A DNA stretch of 64,000 nt. Origin: Eledone cirrhosa (Eukaryota). The translations under genes were made by a program, and so were the position numbers. The notes below the pieces were generated by a model, which made no database searches, was not told the DNA's origin, and saw only the letters and a program-made list of their open reading frames with translations. Where the stretch lies: assembly GCA_964016885.1 (NCBI GenBank), contig OZ024744.1, positions 65,348,001-65,412,000 on the forward strand. Direction: 5' to 3'. The stretch's first letter is position 1; every line of letters starts with the position of its first letter. Shown piece after piece: positions 40,601 through 50,322 of this stretch.

Positions 40601-40712
40601 CTACAATAGTTCAAAATAATAATACACATGCATGACAATGAGTTTGTGACAACAGAAGGAGTACTAGTCAAATAAATCAGAAGGCTAATATGAGAGGTGT
40701 TTAAAAACACAG

Positions 40713-40925
40713 TTAACCCTTTAGCATTTAAATTACTCTATATTTACTATTGTATTTTCACACAAAAGGTTTTATCTCACATAATATTAAATCTATGAGA
40801 TTTTGGTATTGTTTATTTTGTGAATACCTTAACATCGGTATGAGTGGCCAGTTACAGCCAGTTTGAACACAAAGAGCTGAGAGAATTCTGACCGGTTATG
40901 GCCGGTTTAAATGCTAAAGGGTTAA
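40713..40925 (+). mobile_element. MITE family 1, best copy, with perfect terminal inverted repeats
   Basis: TTAACCCTTTAGCATTTAAA ... TTTAAATGCTAAAGGGTTAA. TTAA ends plus CCC termini are typical of the piggyBac superfamily. Confidence 0.9.
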
Positions 40926-42151
40926 AATGTTAAATAACAAGGAAAACTGGGTACAAAAATTTATTCTACATAAGGTTAGTTTAAAATTACCATGTAGAAA
41001 AATGTAATAAACACAATCAATCCAAAATGAATTGTAATAAGATAATGTAATGTGGTGTGTGCATTTGTTTTGGTGTGAGTACCAGTCAAGTACAGGGGTC
41101 GATTCTTCTACTATATCTCACTCTCTCTATCCTACTCTGGTAGAATCTGCTGTATTCTAACCTGGAGAGGAGATGGGCTCTGCCTGATTTTTAAAAAAAT
41201 ATCCTAGAAATGCTGTATGTCAATATGGTGCCTCTTCAACTCCATCAGGAGGTCCATTCATACATTAATGAATACAAATTTAAATAATAAATATCTTTGT
41301 GAAAGCATGATTCTTTTGTACTGAATGAAATAGCATGCAATATTACTGTTCCGCAAAAAATTTGTTATTAACAAGGAAAGACTTGCAGAAATAAGACTTC
41401 AAGAAATATGGAATTGGGTTTTATAATGATTTTGGAACATTCTTAACATATTCATAGGATATACCCAACATCTGATGTGCAATGTGAAGAAAGAGAGAGA
41501 GAGTTTATGGGCGAGACAATCCAAAACTTGGCCCAAGTCCATTCCACAAATTTGTCACAATTTAAGTTGCAATTATTGCAGTACAACTATTCAGTGATTA
41601 CATAAGTATGGTTTCTATAGAATCTGACCTATCATATGTTACAGATGTGCTCTTCTTATGCCGTTGAGAACATTCTACGTCCTCCACCCCATCTGAGGAC
41701 ACTTCTCTCTTTTCTTAGATAGGATGTTTCCCTTGCAGCATGCTGGTGGGCGTGTGAGACACGGGCGCTCATCAATAAAATATTCTATCAACTTCCATCT
41801 GTATGTTTAGGTTTCATTTTTCTTTATAACTTATATTTTTAATCACGTGACACATACATTGTCATTATACAGACTTAATCCTAACCCTATAGAAGCTGTG
41901 ATATCATCCAATACTGGGGACTGATGATGGGGAGTTTCTTGATTCCTTGTCTCCATTTTTTTTCTGTTCCTTGCACTGTAGATATGCTTATTTTCCTCAT
42001 TGCTTTTATTTTTGTTTACTGTGTCACCTTTTTGCATTCCACTAAGTCTCCATCTCCTGAATTGGTGTTGTGGTGTCACCAGTCTTGTGGTGTCACCAGT
42101 CTTGTGGTGTTGACAAAAAAAAACTGACAAAATTTGTGTATTTATATTTAC

Positions 42152-42302
42152 CATTATAGTGAGAATCTCCACTTGCACTACTGCTACTGGTGCTTGCCGT
42201 TGGCTTTCCACTGGCACCACACATCTGTTCTTGCAACTGCTTCATATTAGGTTGCATTAGATTGCGGACCTTTTGAATTTGTTCTTCAGACTTGGCACCA
42301 GG
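42152..42302 (-). CDS. CDC42BPA: MRCK C-terminal tail exon: PGAKSEEQIQKVRNLMQPNMKQLQEQMCGASGKPTASTSSSSASGDSHYN(G)
   Basis: Acceptor tctactttcag, donor gtaaat, 151 nt, phase 0->1. Open frame whose phases exactly bridge the neighbouring exons. Confidence 0.85.
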
Positions 42303-42966
42303 CTGAAAGTAGACATTTACACTTTAAAATCCTAGTTATCAAAACGGGGGGGGGGGGGGGGGGGGTGAATAGATTTACATATTAATAAACTGGTACTGTT
42401 TATCATGGTCCCACTTCACCTCAGCCCACCATAGTCACACTCTACCTCAGTCCACCATGGTCCTACTCACAATATCACACACCACCTGTCCTTCATTTGA
42501 CAGTATTGGTGGAGCGTCGGACACCATGCTTTCGCGCATAGAGTATTAGCCCTTGTCATTCTCAGTTCAAATTCCACTGAGGTTAACTTTGCCTTACATC
42601 CTTCTGGGATCGATAAAATAAAGCACCAGTAATGCACTGAAGCAATTGCTGGCCTTGTGCTTTATTTTATCAACCCAGTACAGGGTCTATTTAATGGGCT
42701 TTCCTCTCCCCTTCAAATTGCTGGCCTTGTGCCTAAAGTAGAAACAATTATCAACATGAGGCACAATAGCTGTGAGATACACACCCCACTGCACACACAC
42801 AAAGTTGAGAGTAAGAGAAATAGCCATTCCTTACAATAAAAACAACTTCATCTACAAAACTCATGCCCACACCTTGATATAAATAAAATGCATAGGTATG
42901 ATAGAATTAAAACAACAACAACAACAAAAATAACATATGTAAGAAATAAAGATAAAATTGAATTAC

Positions 42967-43081
42967 TTGTCTTGCTCCAGTAGGCAGACCTATCAATGCT
43001 TGCATGCCTTGATCTGGGCCCAGATGTGCAATGTGACTGAAGTTGATTGGTAATGAAATAATACGGGATCTTCTCTCCATC
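42967..43081 (-). CDS. CDC42BPA: MRCK canonical CRIB exon (CRIB-B): MERRSRIISLPINFSHIAHLGPDQGMQALIGLPTGARQ
   Basis: Acceptor ttcttctttccag, donor gtaatt, 115 nt, phase 2->0. Resembles MRCK [27 protein letters not shown]. Confidence 0.92.
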
Positions 43082-43342
43082 CTGGAAAGAAGAACTGGAT
43101 ATGAGATTCTGATTCTCTTTCTTACACACACAAACACAAGCTAATTTACCTCAGTTACTATTAATTAATGTTACACTATTAGATGGCATTAGGTGGTTAA
43201 TATTAGATGTTCTGTTAGAATTTGTAAATGTGAAGCAATGTCTTTGTTATGACAGGAAACATTTTTTTATACTACTAAATAGAGACAACTTTTAGTGAGA
43301 ATGCTATGCATGGATGAATTTATTTTCTTCCTCTGTACACAT

Positions 43343-43372
<30 letters not shown>

Positions 43373-43376
<4 letters not shown>

Positions 43377-43547
43377 GTATAACACTGGAGGGTATATCCG
43401 TAGTAGTAGAGCACTCAGTCCATGAACGAGTTTGGTAGCAGTAGTTCCACAACAGTTAGTTCACCATACCGAGAATAAACCTTTGAAGATCCGCATAAGG
43501 TGAAACAATTGTTCTCGGTATGCTGAACTAACTGTTGAGGAACTACT
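43373..43547. mobile_element. TA-flanked insert with a 36-bp inverted repeat and degenerate hammerhead core; probable Penelope-like element remnant
   Basis: Arms at 43440-43475 and 43512-43547 (2 mismatches). Loop reads TTGAAGA..GAAACAATTGTT. Confidence 0.55.
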
Positions 43548-44099
43548 ATATATATATATATAATCATCATTTAGCGTCTATTTTCCACGCTACCATGGGT
43601 TATATATCATCATCATTTTACATCTGCTTTTCCCTGCTTGCAAAGGTGGGATGGGTCTTATTCAGCACAGCATCTCTCCACTTGTCATATATATATATAT
43701 ATATTAGTTCTGTATGAGCAAGACAACAGGACAACTTGTCTGACACATGTTAGCATGGAAAAAATGTAAAATGATGATGATTATATATATATATATTCAT
43801 ACACACACATACACACATTATTCAAGAGTTGTGAGGTCCAATTTTCTGCAGGTATTTCTGGCCACTTCTATCTTTAAGAGTCTAAGAGTGTATTGCTCAA
43901 TTTTATAAACTACTACTTAATAATTGACTGTTATTACTTACATTTTCTATGTGTTTGGGACGCTCATATTTTTAAATTTCAAACTCTCCTAGCACTTCGT
44001 AAATCAGTTTTTATATATATGAAATTGACAGCCGTAACAATGAATACTTAATACCAGAATAGAGTTTAAATATATTTTATGTCTAACCACAATAAGTTA

Positions 44100-45530
44100 C
44101 TTAGGCGATTAACTTGGCAGTGGAGGAGAATGCACTGAGAGTGTGTTACCCAGAATCAGAATAGGCTGGAAGAAGTTTAGAGACTTGATGCCTCAGCTGA
44201 CAACAAAAGGCTTCTCTCTCAGAGCCAAGGGTAGACTATATGATGCCTGTATGTGAATTGCAATGGCAGTGGAACATGGGCCTTAACCACAGAAGATCTG
44301 CAGAGACTAGAGAGAAATGAAGTGAGTGTGCTCCAAATGGTGTGTAATGTTATTGTGTGTTAATGACATAGCATTAGTGAACTGAGAGGAAAACTTAGCG
44401 TAAGCGGAATTGGATGTAAAGTGCAAAGGGGAAGACTGCACTGGTATGGACATGTGATGCATATGGAGGATAGCAACTGCATAAAAAAATGCAGAGCAAT
44501 CCTAATGGCTGGGACCCTAGAAAAAGGTAGACCCAGAAAGACATGGGATGAAGTAGAAACTAAGCCTTACAACTGAGATGACAAAGGTTCAAGAAAGCTG
44601 GCGCTATGCTGTGATGATGAAGACCTAGCCAGAAGCATATAATATAACCTGACCCATCCATGAACCCCTCCCCTTCCTCCCACTAACACCCACCACCATC
44701 TATCCTCCCCACTACACCTGGCACCCATGTCCCTTCCAGAACCAGCCCATAACTAACCCCCTCTAAAGACTTACATATCCCCACCATTGTCACAGCTACT
44801 CTACTCCTTCACATGCCACTACCACCCATTACCCCCTCACTATCCCCATACCTATCTATATAAAGCACATCCCCTATGCCACTAAATACCCTCACCTCAC
44901 ACACTAATCAGTTACCCCTATCCCTTACCACCTATCTCTCCATCATGCCCCCACCTCTACTATATTGACCAGATCCCTCACACCACTACATCTCCATACA
45001 TTAATCTACCACCCCTACCCTTTACTCATTGCCCTGCCAAATCACCAGACATTAATAACTTCATACCTATCTCCCTCTCCAGAGCTAAGAGGGCTCTATT
45101 GTTGGGTTTAAGACCAACAGCCTCTCTAGTGATGATACCATGAAAATGCACCTGTTACACTCCATAAGGGAGGTTGGTAACAGGAGGATGCCCTGCTGTA
45201 GAGACCATGCCTAAAAGAGTTGAAAGAACCCTTTAGTTGTGTCAGAAACACAACCTCTCTATATTGTCTTATTGATAATATCCCTAGTGCTGGTGATCTA
45301 CACTAAAGCACCCAGTACACGCTGTAAAGTGGTTGGTGTTAGGAAGAACATCCAGCTGTAGAAAGCTTGTCAAACAGAGTTGAAAGGACCCTTTCGTTTG
45401 TGTCAAAAGACAACTTCACCCCTGCACACGATATGACCATATGTAAGTGGGATACAGGCCCCTTGGCCTGTCTGGGAGGTCAGTGGCCCTGCTTCAATAC
45501 TGGCTTGGTCTATGTAAACCCATCTAACCG
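44100..45530 (+). mobile_element. Degenerate RTE-type LINE 3' part with C-rich UTR and tail
   Basis: Homologous to 21170-21750 (aggctggaagaagtttagaga, tggtatggacatgtgatgc, ggtagacccagaaagacatggga). Confidence 0.85.
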
Positions 45531-46382
45531 GCTTGTTATATTTCTAATGAAAGACACTGCATATAATTTTCAAATAATTTTTTTAATAAACAATTTGGAA
45601 GGATTTAGTAAAATAAGAAACTTATTATAAAGCAGGTGTTTGGTATAGAATATAAGGTTCTTACATAAGATTATAGTGGTAAATTTTTAGATTGATATAA
45701 ACAGTTTAAAATAAACTGTTTTATATCATGAATTATGGGTGGTTTCAAACAGGTTGGTATAAAAAGGTTTAAGAAATAATTATCTTTCTTGTTCTTAGCA
45801 CAAGATCAGTTTAATATCAGCGCTAAATATCATTCAGTAAAATTAAAGTTTTGCTGATTTGAAATTTTATTGATATATTTTCTAATTAAGGCCATCATTA
45901 ACTGCCAAATTGTAAATAAAATCTTTATATGTATAAAAAGAAAGATATTTAATTATAAATCTTTACAATTTAGAATTTAGAATAAAAAAAAAAAAAGGGG
46001 GATTAGAAAAAAATACCAAAACATGCAAATGGTTATTAAATTATGAAAATGAATGTAAAACAAAAAAGATGTTAAAGATAATTTGTTGTGCGAAATAATA
46101 AAGTGGAAGCATGAGGAAGCTAGAGGAGAGAGAAAAAAGGCTGGAATTTACATAAAAAATAAAATAAAATAAAATAAAATAAAATTAATAAAAAGGAGCA
46201 TGCTGTCTAGAAATGAGAAAAAGAGAGGTGCAAAAGAAAACTTATAATAGACGAAATAAAACTAAAGCTTGACTGAATAGCAGCAGAGCCCACCAATATA
46301 ATAGTAATAATAAAGTATAATAAATTATAAAAACAAATTTTGCTTTTAAGATTTACTTGCAGCTGAGAGTAACTATGCTTAC

Positions 46383-46481
46383 AGATTGGCTACTGCAGGA
46401 TTGGCTACCTGGTCGGGACGCATATGAGCAACATGGCTGAATGAAAAGGGTGCTGAAATGTCACGTGAACGTCGTTCGCTC
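46383..46481 (-). CDS. CDC42BPA: MRCK extra CRIB exon (CRIB-A): SERRSRDISAPFSFSHVAHMRPDQVANPAVAN
   Basis: Acceptor ttcaaccag after a long CT tract, donor gtaagc, 99 nt, symmetric phase 2->2. Intact CRIB consensus I-S-x-P-x-x-F-x-H-x-x-H. Confidence 0.8.
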
Positions 46482-46520
46482 CTGGTTGAATTAAAGTTAT
46501 TGATAGAGAGAGAGGGATAG

Positions 46521-46562
<42 letters not shown>

Positions 46563-46891
46563 AAGAGAGGGGGAGAAAAAATAAACAAAAGTATTATTTA
46601 GAAAGATGCATGTTAAACAAATGTCTTTATAGTGTCAATTCTGTTGGGCATTTTCATTAAACTCAGATGTAATAATATCTTGAAGGTGGAATTAGTTACA
46701 AAACAGCCATAGTTAAACAAAGTGGCACTTTAGGTTTCAGTTATCTCAATGATAATATTTTTTAAAATATAGTGGAAACTTAACAGATCAACTAGTGGAA
46801 AAGTTTCAAATGTACAAAAAAAAAAAGAAAAAACATTTAATGTAAACATCAGTGAAATATTTCATTTTGTTTTATACTAAATGATATCATT

Positions 46892-47093
46892 TTAACCCTT
46901 TAGCATTTACATTACTCTGTATTTTTACAGTAAACACTATCTCACATAATATCCAATCTACAAGATTTTGATATTATTTATTTTAAGAACAATATCTTAG
47001 CATCAGTATGAGCAGCCGATTATAGCTGGTTTGAACAGAGAAAAGCGAGATAATTCTAGCCAGATATGGCTAGTTTGAATGCTAAAGAGTTAA
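46892..47093 (+). mobile_element. MITE family 1 copy
   Basis: ttaaccctttagcatttacatt...aatgctaaagagttaa. Confidence 0.85.
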
Positions 47094-49446
47094 CGAATAC
47101 CCCGCTTCCAACACCAAACCTGCTCTTTAAAATATTCAATAGAAGGCCAAATAGTTTAGCTCAATGAGCAAAAAAAAAAGAAACTATCACATTTATTCAT
47201 TTAGTATACCTTTAATGGATTACGATTTTTTTTAAAATATTGTAACAAGTTTAAAGAATATTAAGATAACAGTTAAAAATGTAAAAACAAAAAAGATTTT
47301 TCATGCCAAAGCAGACTGCATTTTTAAGACAACTTTAGTAAGCCTTTAAAGAGAGAAAAAACAAAGAAAGACTACAATGACAACACTTGATGCACAAACA
47401 TGGATTATTTAAATTTAGTGCTTTTAATATTTTACTTCTGTAAAAAAAAAAAATGTTTAAATAACATAGAATGTCTTAATATATAACCCTAAAGAATAAC
47501 GAAAAAAAAGAAAAAAATCCTCCAAGTACAAGATTTAAAATATAAAAATAAAAACCTAATGTGAAAATTTAGGTGTATGTGCAGAATTCTACTTATTTGT
47601 CTAAGTGCATGCAGCACAGTAGCCAATGATAATAGTCACCTGGGCAAAACCAACCAGCAGATGACCCAGAGGTAGACCCTGAGCAAGATGGTTGGATAAC
47701 ATCCACAAGCTTGGTTGGTCTTGCTTGGGGATCCAGCCAGATTAATTGATACCATTGCTGCTGACAGGACACACGGGAAGCAGTGTTTGAAGACTGCCCC
47801 CAGGACCCTCTCAGGATTAAGTGGGTGAAGAAGAAGAATTATGTACTGTGTGTGAAAACAATATATTTAAGTGCCATCCTTTGCATCACAGATAAAAGGC
47901 TTCACAATATAAACACCAACTTGAGGCACTAAACATAATGAGATTCAATCCAATACGTTTGTTTACTGATGCTACTAAAGACGATTTGTCATTCCATTTC
48001 CACAAACTAGTGAATATGATTTACTTCTAGTTTAGCACAAATATCTCAATATCTGTGGTCTTGACCATGGTGTGCAGCTCCAATACTGCAGTGCTCTACG
48101 CCTCAAGCCCATCCCTCTCCCCCTTCCCTATTCTTCTGTGACCCTAAAGCTCTTGCCTTTCTCTTTCTCTTCCATTTTCTGTATCTATCATCTGTGATCC
48201 TGCCTCTATTTTTGTACTCCTGAAGAAGAGCTAAAGCCCGACACAGACAAATACGAGATTCTGTTAAAATAGCAGAAACGAATGGATACCTATATTGTGC
48301 AGATGGAATGGCAGGCTCTCTCTATAGAGATGTTTTCAACCAATATGACACCATGGCACATGTACTCTGAATCATCCACATATTTGCCTGTTATGAGTTT
48401 TTGCAGCAAGTCAGAAAAGTGCCAGATCATCATCGTCATCACTATCATCGTTTTTATGTCTGTTTTTCCACATTTACATAGGCTGGACAGGTCCCTTTTA
48501 GCATAGCATCTCTTCAAGATATTTAGAAAAATTGAGTGCTTTAATGATTGTGTATTCTTTTGTAGCAAAGTGCAATGCATGCCACACTAGTTTTAAAAAA
48601 TTTTAATACTTTTTTGAGAGGGGTTAGAAATAGCTGTTATAGTATAATCATTGCTAATGGTAATGAGATCAGCCAGCAAGTGACAGATACGAGGTTGAAT
48701 TTTTGTCAGTTCTCTTCTCTTTAGTAGAGGCGATACATTATATATATATATATCAAAGTGAACAAGATATCATTCAGGGTTACCTTAGCTCTTTACCTGT
48801 TATTACTACTCCAAGAACTACTAATCACAGAACTTTTAGGAAAATACCCTCTGAAAAACCTAAGTATTTTATATATATATATATATATATATATGCCACT
48901 GTTCTTAGTGTAGTATAAAAAAAGCATATTGTTGGCAATTGCTATTGTTTTAATCATAAATGATACTTAAATGATGAAAGGAATGAGGAACCATATCATC
49001 TAAATATGCTAATGTAGACAGGATCTAACTATAGACCACACAACTGGTTCACAAAACAGTGTTGACTAATGCAAACAAAACATGCAACATACACAAATAA
49101 TAAAACAGAATGAGCAAGTTGCACAGTAACATGCATTTTATTACAGCGCAGACTGAACATCTCACACTAAAAATGATGAAAACAGACAAAGATGGTGATG
49201 ATGAAACAAGATGAAAATGAACACAGTGTATGATACAATAAGGACAAACATGACAATTATTAACAACAAACATTATTATAATTCTTAAGACAAAACAATA
49301 TTCAAGAATAAAAAAAAAAAATTAAATAAAATCTATCTGACCAAACAACAGTGACAAAGACAAACTAGGTTTTATCTAACTACAACAAGACTGCTCAACT
49401 CATCGGTTTTTGCAGCCAATGGACACGGTCATGCATCCATCTTGCA

Positions 49447-49783
49447 GTTATATTCTGCCGATCTCCACAGTTTCTCAAAGGGTGCTCTTTACCAAGTGTC
49501 TAAGGCAGCCAGTACATTCACTGTGAAAAAATTAGAGTGCTCAAAGCACGCTGTGCCAGCTCACATGTGAAAAGCATGCAGCCAGCTAAGTGACCACCAT
49601 AATGTTTTAGTGGTTCGTTATATTCTGCCGATCTCCAGTTTCTCCGAGAGTGCTCTTTGCCAAAGTTTCTAAGGCAGTAAGTACATTCACTATGAAAACA
49701 GAGTGCTCAAAGCAAGCTGTATCGGCTTGCATATGAAAAGCATGCAGCCAATTAGGTGATCACCATAATGTTTTAGTGGATCA
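49447..49783. repeat. Diverged two-copy tandem duplication of ~170 bp
   Basis: Both units start gttatattctgccgatctcca (49447, 49617) and end caccataatgttttagtgg. Confidence 0.85.
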
Positions 49784-50322
49784 CATTGACTAGAGCACTC
49801 ATTTGCGTGATGTTTATTTTACTGATATCTGCCAAATCATTCAATTGCATTTTTTTTTTTTTTTTACAACATTGGTTTTACATAAACACAGATACAAACA
49901 TGCACATATATCTAACTATATATATATATTTATATAATTATTTTACATCCATTTTTGATGCTGGCATGGACTGGACAGCTCATCAAGGTCCAAGTTAGTT
50001 TTTATTCAGAGTTATTGTTCTAGAAAGGATGGCAACCACATTTCACTCATACATTCTATTTGGGATATGGTTCCTATGACTGGATTCCCTTTCTTACACC
50101 AACCACTTTACAGACTGTATAAAGAATATTTTATCATAACACTAGCAGGTACTAATCTATGTTGTCTCTGTCCATTGAAGGTAATATAACCAGAAGAGTG
50201 AATAGAAGGGAAAGCAATGTCAGAAGAACCAGACAGAGGGAGCAGATGGAGTGAGACTAGAGAGGAAGGAATGGAAGATAGCTGATGATGGTAGGGTGTA
50301 ATGGGAAGATAGACCGGCAAGG

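Noticed and set aside
41161-41182. Possible microexon GCAGAGCCCATCTCCTCTCCAG with a gttaga donor between tail exons
   Set aside because: The 22-nt form breaks frame. The 18-nt form needs the second AG of a poor acceptor without a pyrimidine tract.
42345-42365. Long G homopolymer near the acceptor of exon 42152-42302
   Set aside because: It is a simple homopolymer of uncertain length, with no evidence of function.
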